This document shows positions 11,745-24,000 of a stretch of DNA of 64,000 nucleotides, one piece after another. The stretch is from positions 46,250 to 110,249 of the forward strand of contig MU626317.1 of assembly GCA_025603075.1 (NCBI GenBank). The letters run 5' to 3'. This DNA is from Neoconidiobolus thromboides FSU 785. Lineage: Eukaryota; Fungi; Entomophthoromycota. Each line of letters opens with the position of its first letter. Position 1 is the stretch's first letter. A program made the translations under genes and the position numbers. The notes below the pieces were generated by a model that saw nothing but the letters and a program-made list of their open reading frames with translations, had not been told where the DNA came from and did not search any database.

Positions 11745-13021
11745 ATGTTAAAATACTATTTCTTAATTCCGATATTCATATTAGCCACTTCCGCTCATAT
11801 GGAAATGCGCTTACCCCCACCTAGAAGATCAAAATACAACAGTGATTATCAAGCATTGGGAGATATCGATAATGATATGCCTGCACCTTTGGGTGATGAT
11901 GTAAGTTTAATTGTTATTTATATCTACAAACTTAATAACCTTTCATTTAGTTCCCATTCCCATGTCGAGCCACAAAGCCCGGCCCAGTATATAAAAAATA
12001 CAAAGCAGGTGAAATGATGGACATCACTTTAGGAGGTAATGCCCCTCACAATGGCGGGCATTGTCAATTTGCTCTAAGTTATGATGGAGGAGAAAAATGG
12101 ATAGTTATACATACTATAGTAAGGAATTGTATGCCCTCAAAAACAGGGCCAATAGAATTTAAATATCAAGTCCAGTTACCACCTGAAGCACCACCTAGTG
12201 ATAGCGTAGTATTTTCTTGGAATTGGATCAATGCTAGTGGTGAAAGAGAATTTTATCAAAATTGTATTGATATAGCGATTGAAGGGGATCCCACTAGTAA
12301 AGGAGTAAAAGGCAAAGAATTATTAGTGGTTAATTTACCTGGTTTTCCTACCATTGAAGAATTTGGTCGTCCTGGTTCTTATGATGGTCATAAATTATTG
12401 GATTCTAGAAAAAATATTACAATGGCTAAAGATGGTAGTATTACTCCTACTACAGAAGATAGTAAGCCCCCTCCACCCCCGCCAGCTGCTGCTTCCACTA
12501 CTCAAGCCCCACCACCTCCTCCTACAACTGCTGCTTCTTCAAAACCTCCTGCTGTATCCGTTTCAATTATTACAGTTACTACTACTATTGTTGTTACTGT
12601 TAATGCTAAAACCACACCAACAGCAGGTTATGGAATAGATATGTCTAATCAGCAAGACGAAAGTCTAAGTAAGCCGGTGCAGGAAATTATTAGAAATGAA
12701 GTGAGTGGAGAATCAATCCCAAGTTTTAGTCAAAAACAAGAGGAAGCTAATAATATGGGGATTACGAACCATAACAATAATGTGAATGATGGTATGAATA
12801 TGAACAATAGTATGAATGAAAATAATAGCAATAACATGAATAGTAATAGTGATAGCAATAATAATGGGATATTAATAATGAGCCCAGAAATTGAAGTGAA
12901 AAAACAAGTAGAAAAAGAACTAAGCAAAAATGAAGGAAGTGGATTAGTTCGATTAAATAATAGTGTACTAAAAGGTAGTATCAAGAATTCGACTTGGTAT
13001 AATAATTTTACACAAATTTAA
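11745..13021 (+). CDS. Secreted AA11-like lytic polysaccharide monooxygenase with Pro/Thr linker and Asn-rich tail; intron 11901-11950
   Basis: Signal peptide ...LATSA followed by His1 (HMEM); APHNGGHCQFALSYDGG (second His); WNWINASGEREFYQNC (axial Tyr). The 50-nt GT-AG intron joins ORF 11745 in frame to ORF 12014. Confidence 0.8.
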
Positions 13022-13143
13022 ATAACTTTCATTAATAGCAACTTTTATTCATCAAATTAAATCTTAACTTTTTTTTATAAAAATTAATTTTTTAAATTTA
13101 AATTTTTAACTTTTTTAAATTTTATTACTTTTTAATATAAGCA

Positions 13144-14003
13144 ATGTTTCTCCTCTCCCGTCTAAAAGATACCATACAAATAGAACCTGTCAATCTAAAT
13201 ATTGATTTTAGTTTAGCTTTGATCAATGAAATTAATAAAAAATATTGCAACCGAGTAAATTTAATTTATAGTCACATAATCTCAACCAATTAAACTTCAA
13301 ATTCAAGGTCATCCACAACGTCGGCCTTTGTATCACACTTTTTGATGTTATAGAACAACAGGATGCTTATTTATATCATAGTGATGGCTGTTCTTATGTT
13401 AAAGGTAAGTAAATAGATTCTACTTTTTAATATAATAATTAACTAAACAAAAGAAAATTAAAAGTTGAGTTTCGAATGATAGTATTCCGTCCTTTTATTG
13501 GGGAAGTAATCACTGGTAAAGTGAAGTCTATGTCAGATAAGGGTATAAAAAGTAACGAATTTATCATTTTTATTTTATATTTAGTTTAATTCAATTTTAA
13601 TAGTAAGCCTTGGTTTCTTTGATGATATAGAAATTTTACCAAACTTATTACATGAAGGAACAAAATTGTAAGATTTTTAAATAGACTAAGTTTTAAATCG
13701 GTTAGTCTAACTTTACCATTTTATAGCCATACAGATACCCAAGTATATATATGGTGTAATGAACATGGAAATTATGAGTGGGAGAAAGGTGAAGAGGTGA
13801 AGGTTAAAGTGGAAAAAGAAATATTTTTTGATGCTAAAAGTACGCCCAATCAACAGGAAAGTTTAGATGAATTTGTTAAATCTTCACCGTATCAATTAGT
13901 GGTAAGTTATTTATTTTCTCAAAGATGTTCTGGGTTTAAATTGAATCCTTTTTTTTAGTGCTCCGCTTTTGAAAGTGGCTATGGGCTCACTAGTTGGTGG
14001 TAA
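13144..14003 (+). CDS. RPC25: RNA polymerase III subunit RPC25/RPC8, multi-exon (absent from the ORF track)
   Basis: Spliced translation MFLLSRLKDTIQIEP...INKKYCNRVIHNVGLCITLFD...VEFRMIVFRPFIGEVITGKVKS...SLGFFDDIEI...GYGLTSWW*. Confidence 0.88.
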
Positions 14004-14718
14004 ATTGATATTCAATATAGAATGTTATTATTATTATAGAAGCTTATTTTTTTGACGCTGTAAAGACTTTTAATGAGCATTTTTTGGCTTTTCCAAGATT
14101 GAATTTTATTCAAATAAAAATGTATTATTCTGCTATAAAGTCACTATTTTCAAACTACGTTTATTGAATAAAGGTAAATATGCAAATCCTTTTTCCTTTT
14201 ATGTTTTAATCCTTTTTAAGTATAAATTTGAAAAATTAGGTGAAATTTTGAGCAAAAAAATACTAGTTTAAATCTTATATAAATCTTTAGATTTATTTTA
14301 ATGAAATTGTAATTTTTTTGAACTGTTTATATCAAATTATTCAGACCCTAATCTAATATAATTAATCAGCTTTTATAATTTTACAATTTTGTAATAATTT
14401 CCAACTTGTTCACAAATAAACATTTTTCATTAGATAAATATGAAGTTATAAATTTTTTACAATTTTTACTAAAGCTGAAATTATTTTTCTTTAAGCTAAC
14501 TTTTTGGTATTTTAAGCTCAAAATCAAGGAATTTTCTAATTGTAGCAACAGATGTTAATAAATTGATACTCCCAGAAGTTAAAATAAACATAGTTAAGAA
14601 ATAAATTTGACGCTTACCTGATAATAAAGAAAGATTGAAAAGACTTAGTTAAATAAAACATGCCTTGTGATAAAGTTAATTTTATTTCAAATAAGCTTAA
14701 TTTTGTACATTAACATAT

Positions 14719-14812
14719 GGGGGATGTATTTTGGTGTTTAAGAATTTTACTAACAAATTTTCTGTTCAAATAGCGCCTAAAAGAAAAATAATGAAGCCAA
14801 AAAAACACCCTC
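14719..14812 (-). mobile_element. MITE copy 6
   Basis: Reverse-orientation core; flanks ATAT/ATTT (one mismatch). Confidence 0.75.
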
Positions 14813-15056
14813 ATTTAATGAAGATGTACAAGTACTCATTCTCATTATTTGGTAGTAAGATTTTGAAAAAGTCATAACAAATCATTGTAATTAGTTAATT
14901 GTTTTATATTATATTGTTTTATAATTTTAATGAATCCAAAAAGTTTATATTTATTAGAATTTAATATTATATTCCTAGTATTAATTAAAAAAAATTAAAA
15001 ATTGCTGTTTAATATGAAAAATATTTAAAAAAGCTCTAGTTTATTAATTTAGCAAC

Positions 15057-18000
15057 CTAACTAAGCATATCTTCTCTATCAACCACATTATTATTCATAT
15101 TACTTCCATCTTCCAATTGTGAAAAGTTCAAGTAATGAGCAGGTCTATGACGTTCGTCATAAAATGGTAAAGGTACTTCTAAGCTAAGATGATATTCCTT
15201 ATCAGGCTGATGAGAAGCACCCTGGAAATTATAATTCCAAATTGAATCAACAGGTGAAAGGAAAAATCCGAAAAACTTGTCTGAAAGTAACATTTGAATA
15301 CGCTCATAATGGGTTGGTAAGTATCCTGCTGGGTTAGTACCGCTTAGATCTTTGTTGGATGCTCCCCACTCATTACCTGATGGCGTTACTTTGTAACAAG
15401 TGAGTGAACAAGAACCTGGCGTAAATGCACAGGTAATAATTACTGAAGTATCGATATCCCAACCTGGATAAGAGCCAAGTAATTTAGCATGTGTAGTAAC
15501 GTCTTGTGGTGAAAGATGGGGTAGCTCATTTGGTAGAGTATGGATCCAGCCTAAAGGTTCAAGGTCATTCAGCTGCTCATGTTCTGGTGGATTATTTGGA
15601 AGATGCACCATTTGGTGAGTACCCCATTGAGGCACCATAACTATGGAACGGATCTCTTTAACTTGTGGATTATCTTTTGGCGAAACACCATACAAAAATC
15701 CTGAAATTTGAGTTCGAAGATCAGAAATTATAATAAAACGCTTAAGTAAGTTTTTAGGCAACACATAAGTATACCCTGAATCCTTTAGATCATCACTAGC
15801 AACAAAGATGTGTTGGGTTCTCAATTGGAGATTGGTAGATGAAATAGCTCTTACTCTCCAATCTGTTTTAGAAGAAAAGGTTTGAGTTTCATACCCAGTT
15901 GTGGTAGTAGTAATAATTTCGTCTCCATGAATATTATGAGTTTTAGTGGTCACTGCCGTCAGTTGGCTTTGTTCTTTAGCTTGCTTTTCGATTTCAGCAA
16001 TTTGTTGACGTTGAAGCGAAGGAGCTGAAATTTCCATACCAAGGATAATATCACGGATTTCAGGTTGAGTCAAAGAAGCAACGTTAACATTATTCTTTTT
16101 ACCATAGTCTGCAAGGATAAGATCTTTTAAGGCAACCTCCACCTTAATCCATTCATCATCTGGTAAAGTGGGCCAGATATGATGTGCTTCAGTGATTGTA
16201 TTCTTATCAGGACGAAGAATCATTTTAGTCTTATCATTATTCACATGAAGTGCTCTTAAAATCAAAATCAAACGGAAGAAAGCAGTATATGAGGAAATCG
16301 TCGTTAGGAAATTATCATAAAGATTAAACAGACACATCATTGGCTCATTCGCTTTAAGGATAAGATCTCCAAACTTCTCTACTTTAAGACAAGCTTGGAA
16401 AGGTAATTGTAACTCAGAACCTTTGATCACAATATTGGGGAAATCTAAAAGATGAACCTCAAGTGGATCCAACATACCCTTACGAGTAACAATGATTTGT
16501 CTTGGTTGTTCTTCCACTGGAAGTGAACGAATAAGAGCAGCTACTTCTTCAGCAGTCTTCCACTTGGCTAATTGGCCAAGACGTTTTTGTCCAGCCCATA
16601 CCGAAGTATGAATAATCTTAAGGAAGAGATCACCATTACGTGGGTTGAAAATAAAGATAGCACCATTGATAGGTTTTGTGGTTAAATTACCTTCAAATGT
16701 CTTATGGATGGTAACGCGATAAACATTAGTATCATCCACAAACCAAATAATTTGATTTGAGAATAATTCACCGTAATTTGTTGAGTTAAGGTATGGTTCG
16801 GTTGGTTCAGATGAATACAATTGCACACCTTTACGAATACGTTCACGGAGTACATAGAGAGCAGGATTAGCTTTAATAATCTTACCCATGGCTTGCTGTG
16901 TAAGTGGCTTAAGCCCAGGGAACCAATTACCATAAGCAGAATAGAGATTGTAAGCAAGATCAACACCAATCATCATACCAGTAGGTGAAGGATAGATACT
17001 CATATTATCTGTAGTATAATCTAAGAACTTGGCACGAGTGTAACGTTCAACATCATGAGAGTCAAAGTCACCCCAGCGTAATTGGATATCAATCCAGAAT
17101 TTTTGAATAGTACCATTATCCATTGAATCTTTATTATCATTCAAAAGGGAAGGTCTGGATACACCCCATTTATAACTAGCAAACAAGAGAATATCCGCAC
17201 ATGAACTGTTCATTTTATAACTTTTACGTGGATGGATCGTTTCTTTTTGTACTGACTCAATTTGCAAGGCTTCGGATTCTTGGTCAAACACTTGCACCAT
17301 ATCCATCACCAATGCTTCGTGGATTTTTTGCCACAAATGTGCACGGAAAATTTGAATCAAGGAAATTTTAAGTGTTGGGATTTTACCATGCATAAAAATA
17401 CCTGTTAAATCAAGTTGTACTTGGAAACCAACATACACATTTGAATTGTGGACAACGGCATTATTACCAAGTAAAAAGAGCTTGTCGGAATCCTCGTCTA
17501 AAGTTATACCACAATATTGGCCTAGAGTTCCAGCTGTTTTAACAACATTAAATCTATATTCAACTGGTAAATATTGAACAGCGATTGGGGCCTCCCTGCG
17601 TTTGCGATCAATTGATGAGAGACTGAGTACTTTAGTTAAAGCACTGCAAGGCACAAACGTTACGCAGGACTTAAAGCCATTATTAGTTTCATGATTTGAA
17701 ACAGAATATTTGATACCAAGGGAGCGAGCTAAAGCTAAGGCACCAGTAACAATGTTTTGGTGTACTGAAGTAAATACTACTTTTTGGTATTTTTCTCTGG
17801 CTTCTTTGAAATCATTGTATCGGGTCAACTCCATCTTATTTTCAAGCTCTTTATCTTCTGGATTTGGATTAACAACTTCACCATCTGAATCAATTAAACC
17901 AGCCAAGAGATTCTCACGGACAGATATAGATTCAGTAAAAAACCATGTTGGTACAACCTTAGGTTGAGATCTTTTCATATTGAGTTGGCACATCAAATTC

Positions 18001-21000
18001 CATATTTTATTTGTTTTAATTTCTTTATTAACATTCACTTCTTCAGATGCTAACTCTCCAATGTTTAATGCTTCAGCTCCGATGTTATGATATATTGCTC
18101 TAACACGTTTCATTTGACTTATATAGTCTTTATTGTCAGCATTCTTTTCTGCTGTTCTATCGCCGGCAATCCATAAACCAACAAGCCAGGCAACATTGTT
18201 TACTTCGCTAGCAGGCAAGCCTTCTTTTCTACATATTTCTTCAAATTTATTATTTCCAAGCAATACTGGTGCTACAAGCTGGTAAGTTAATTGACGGATA
18301 CTTTCATCCACAAATGAGTATAATTGTGTCTCAAGTTCCCAAGTAATGGTTGATTTACTCAAGTTGATTAAATTGTCTCTAAATCCTTTTGCAGCCTCGA
18401 ATGTATTTGCTTTAGAGTTCTCATAATCTGATATATGGAACGATTTTTTGATCCAAGCAACCATTTGAATTTCCTCACCATTAAATTCTCTTGTTACAAG
18501 TGAAGTATAATTGATATAGAAGGATTCACCAGTTTGTTCATCTTTAGTCACTTCACCAACAGTCATATGGGTAGTCAGATGTAATAAATGCCTAGAATTA
18601 CTGGTATACTTAATAAGATCTAATCCCTCTTCATTACTTGACTTTTCTTGGTCATGATGTACTTCGCAAACCTCATACATAGTATCTTGTCCTGAGTGAA
18701 CCCCAGTTACCTTCCTTGGCTTTGAGTCCATACCCAATACATTGTCTCCAATTTTAATGTCTTTAATAGCACGAATAGACCCATCAGCCATGTATACAGG
18801 AGTAGAAGGAGCAAAGCACCTGTTGATCGTAGGTGACCACCAAAGAGTAAAACGACGATTTGGAATTTGATTCAAACCAGATCTCTGTGCATTTGTGAGC
18901 TTCTTGTATTTCATACTTTCTTCGAATCCAGAGTTATGTACTACCATACTATCCGATCTTAAGAATCTTTGATTACCGTCAACTAAGAAACCGTAATATT
19001 CTTGAGGTTCAGTCATTTTAATTGAAACAATTGGAACAAAGAATTCCTTGATGGCTACTGCATTGGTATCCGAATTGATACTATTTTTGGGATTTTCATC
19101 AATATATAAAGCTGGATCAGCTTCGACCTTTTCAAAATCTGTTTCATTAATATAAATAAATTCTTCACTTTGATTAATAGCAACTTTATAAAGAGACCAA
19201 ATATGCTGAACATGTTGAGGCAATGAAAGTAAATCTCTTACAGTTGTTTCAATTTGGTAAGTTTTAACTGCAGCAGAAGTTGTTTCTAAATGTTTCAAGA
19301 AATTAGCGCCTGCGTCACCTGCTTCTTTTTTAGTTTGAATTTCTTTTTCTCCAACCTTGAAGCTCATAGAGCAGTATCCACTATTGTACCAATAGACAGT
19401 ATAAGAAGATGAATCTTCGCTCCAGGACATAACCGCCTTATTTGAAGATGCTAAGCATAAAATATGATTACCAGTAACAGTTAAAGCTTCGCCAACACGG
19501 GGTAAAATTTCATATAATGGTGCAACACCTTGAACGACTTCCTTAATATTACGTGGTAATTGATCATCACCCATTAGTTTATCATTCACACTAACATCTT
19601 TAGCTAATTTTATAGATCCATCTTGGAGCATAAGTGGAGTAGCACCAGAGAAACAAGCTTTTTCCCAAAACAGACCTTCCCAAGTAGGGAAGTAAGTACC
19701 TTTAAACAATGTATGTTCTAAAATACCTTCAACACCACCCAAGGCTTGAATCATATCAGTACGATAATTATTTAGATTCCAAAGTTTACCATCGTGGCGT
19801 TGATGGGTCCACCAGAATGGATTATTTTTGAGTATTTGGTACTGTTTGAAATCAGTACGAACACGCCACCCTTTATCATAGGCAAGGGTATGTCGATCCT
19901 TTTGGAATAAGGTATTAATTCTAGGGATACCTCGATCCCAACTATCTTCCAAATCTTCAAGAGTAAGTCGACGATTTTGTGCTGTAGCTTCTTGACGTTT
20001 CAAAGCATATTCTGCCCATACACGTTGCGAATCAATAAACTCAGATTCCCAAGGTTGAAGATAACGAAATAAATTAGGAATCAAGGTATCTTCATCATGG
20101 GACATACCAGATCTAAAATGAGTGATACCAGTTTCAGTTTGACGTGACCATCTAAGGTCGGATTGTGGGATAAGTACATGGCCCATAGACAACATACCTA
20201 GACCACCCAATTCCTTTGGACAATTATGACCAATTAAAAAGTCACCATGACAGAATAATTGTGATTGTCCTTTTTCTACTTGGAAACCGTAATACTCATC
20301 AACTGCTTCAGCTTGGCTGGAGATCTCAAAGATACGATAATTGACTTTTGGAATGGCTGATTTCATACTTGCGAGTTTGACAAATTTACAAGGCAACACA
20401 TCTAAATCGCTACTTAAATACACTTTTCCTACATACTCAGTAGAATCTTTGCTTTTAGTCTTTGTAGCAATAGTAGATAAACCAAGGGATCGACCCAACT
20501 CATAGACTAATTTCAATACGGGCTCATTTGAATCAAGGCTTTTAATAAAAACATACCCATCATCTTGAACTTGACCACTTGAATCAATTAAACCTGCAAG
20601 TAAAGCACGACGAACATAGCCAGGCTCTTGTACAAAACGTTCGATTTCACTGTAATCATTAATTGTACTGTGATCTATGCACATCTTTGTTAGTAAAGCC
20701 TTAAATATGTCGATATCGATGTTCTTATTGGCTGAAACATTTGATTTTGTAAATCCAGAGCTACCAAGGTGTGCTCCGATTGCCCAAGCGTAATCTTCAG
20801 CAGAATCCTTATTAAGCTTGTTTTTAAAGCTATGGCAAGAATGTAATAAACTTGGTATGCTTCTATTTTTGCTTCCAATCGGCCATTCTTCGATCGAAGT
20901 ACTATATCTCATCATACATGGTAAAACTTTGGTTCCTGTTTTTATCATTTGTGATCTGTATTTATTGTATTCACTTACGCTTACAATCCATTCATTAGAA

Positions 21001-24000
21001 TTTGATAAACCTTCAATGACATTCATAATCACTTCATCAATATCATTTTCATGTTTAATATACGTTGCATAATCAAATTCTACCAACTTTTCGATTTCAA
21101 ATGGACGGATCAATTTAAGCATGGAATCGAATTTAAGCTTCCAATAATATACTTTATAAACTACGTTGGATTGGTTGGCTTTAACTTCTTCAATATCATA
21201 AAAGCACTGTACAACTCTTGAAACCTTTGGAATTTGTAAAACTAACAAATGGTTTTCATTACATAGAAATCCAGGCTCAAATAACAGCTCTTCATTATAG
21301 GCACAATTTAAAGCCTTTGAAAGTTTAACTCTATATAATGGTGCAGTACCTGAAACTAAATGTTCTACTCTACGGATTTTACCATCATCACCAAGCACTT
21401 GGTTTCCAACTTTGATTTCTTCAATTGACTTTGTGGTACCATTAGCTAAACGTATAGGCATCCCCTTACCATAACAATAGAATACAACAGGTGGGAAACG
21501 ACTAGGCATTTTAGAATTAAGACCAATTTTTACACGAGTTTGAATCTTTGATTCACTCTTAACCAAAAGATCTAAGATTTCACGAGTATGTACTACTGCT
21601 TCACGATAATATGTCATTAATCCAATCAAAGCTGTATTCCATTTGTTGACAATCTTTGAAAAGGTAGTGGATCCAGAGGACATTAATATTTGACGGATAC
21701 GATTATTGAAACGCTGGATAGACTCATCATCTACCCTTAAAAAGGCTTGTGCAGTACGTTCTTTAGTTTGTTCATTAATTAAATTCCATACACCATCTTT
21801 AAGTGAAAATGTTTCTTCCTTTGCACGAATCTTTGGCAAAATTCGAACTTCAAATCCACACATGGAGAATAAAAGATTGGGATTATCTCTTGAGTAAACA
21901 CTCACAAATGTTTCTTCCCAATCAAGGGTTGTAACTGATCTTGGTAAACGATTTTTCATATCCCAAAAGGTAGCACGACCTAAATTGACATCGTGCTTCA
22001 TCAAACGCATTCTACAATCACGTGGCCAGCATTTTTTGTTATTGTAACCAACAATATTTTCATTATTAGGATCCGGATGCTCTGTTAAATATCTTTGAAT
22101 CAAATCTCTTGATTCATCAGCACTGAATCTGAAAAGTATATAAATACGATCTATATAACGAGAGTAAAGTCTTATTGGATGTTTAGTTTCAGTAGGAACA
22201 TCTCTAAATTGCAAAAAGTCATTTGGGAGTTGAGGCGGTCCAGCCATTTCAGATGCTCTTTGTAAACCAAGGAGCAATAAATCCAAGACTAAGCCCCAGA
22301 ACTGATAAATGAACGAAGCAAATTGTAAACCACGAATTAAACCATAAGAATTTAAATGATTCATATCCTTATAATTAAGAACAACATTATTTTTTGCTGA
22401 CATATAATCGGCTAAATTATGATCCAAGATTAAACGTAAAAGTCTATTCAAAACTGTAATATCCACTTTCTCATATACTTTGTTAAGCCTTGTTTCTACC
22501 ATTACATTACATTCACCTTCAGATGTTTCCCAAATATCAGTAAGGTTGTTAATTCCTTGACACCATTTGTAAGTAAGCAATGGAGGAGGTTCATTATCTG
22601 ACGGTTTAATCCATGCTGGGAAGAGATGACGCTTATCAGCTTCATACCAAAGATATTGATCAAGGTAGGCATCAGTGATCTTTTCCATTGGTTCCACGTC
22701 ATAAACCGGGATAAGATGAGAGTATAAATCCATGAACTCAATTCCTACTTCTTTAAATGCTCTTTGGGTCAAAAGTAAACGTTTAATTCTAGAAAGAGCT
22801 TCATGAGGATTATCATAAGCTTGTTCAATTAAACCGAGTTCTTCACGTTGAGATTGATTTAAACGTCCTTTTACAGAGTACGCTTCTCTTAAGCGTTCAA
22901 GAGCAAGGATCAACAATTTGGTATCGTGTTTATATGAGAGTGGTGGGAAAGGAATAGGAGTGAATTTTCTAGATTCGAGCCAGTGTACTGTTGAAGTGAA
23001 GATTGCAACAGCTTCTTCAGGAGAAATATAAGGACCATCTTTAAGATAATTATGTTGTCTTTCTTGCTCAGCCTTAAGCCACAATCTGGTCAAACGTCCT
23101 AAATTCTTTTTGCAAACTGTTTTATCAACTGTTGCTCCTCTACGGATACGTTCACGATTATAATGGGCTACACTGGTCCACCAATCAGCTTTAGATTTGA
23201 CATAACGGAGGATCATATTTTCTATAGGGGTAGGCAGACCTGGTACTTTCCATGGAATATTGGCTTTCCAACAATTGTGGGCAACAATGAAATTTCCAAG
23301 TAAAAAGAGAGGGTCTTTACCATCTAACTCGAAACCAAAATATTCACCTTTACTTGAGACTTCAGTGACATCAAATTGGTTATTGTTGTTGTCTTCCATA
23401 GCTACACTTTCTCCTTTCAGTTTGTTTATAAAAGGAAGAGTTGAAAATTCCCTGCCAAAAATATTAATCTGTTCCTCCCTATTTGATACAAATAAACCAA
23501 GAGATCTTGCAACTTGTACTACTAATTGTTTTAAAATAGGACTGATCTCATTGACTTTGATTTTAAGCTTTAAATCAAGTTGATCGATATTGAATGGCAA
23601 TGATTCTAATATACCGGCTAATATATTCGAGCGGAATAACTTTGATTGGTTCATAACACATGAAGCTAATAAATCAGAAGAAGGAAGTTCTTTCAATTTG
23701 CTTATACAATCCCATGCCATACTTCCAACACTTATATTACTATTGGGTTCTTTTATTCTAGTAGATGAAGCAAATTGCTGACCAATAGCATAAGCTACCG
23801 AGTTGATCGGTGCTGGAGTTTGATCTAATTCACCAGATGCTTTAAAATGTAAATTATGGATAACTTGTTCTAAATCTAATTCTGAAGAATATGGGAATTC
23901 GTTGACAGATTGACGAATCATAGTGAAAGTAAAAGAGGAGTGAAGAAGAGTTTTGGAAAATTTAACATAATTAAGTGAAGAAACTTCCCATCCAGCATTC

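Noticed and set aside
12354-12984. Leu/Gln-rich ORFs 12354-12638 and 12730-12984
   Set aside because: Frame-shifted or antisense readings of the low-complexity LPMO linker.
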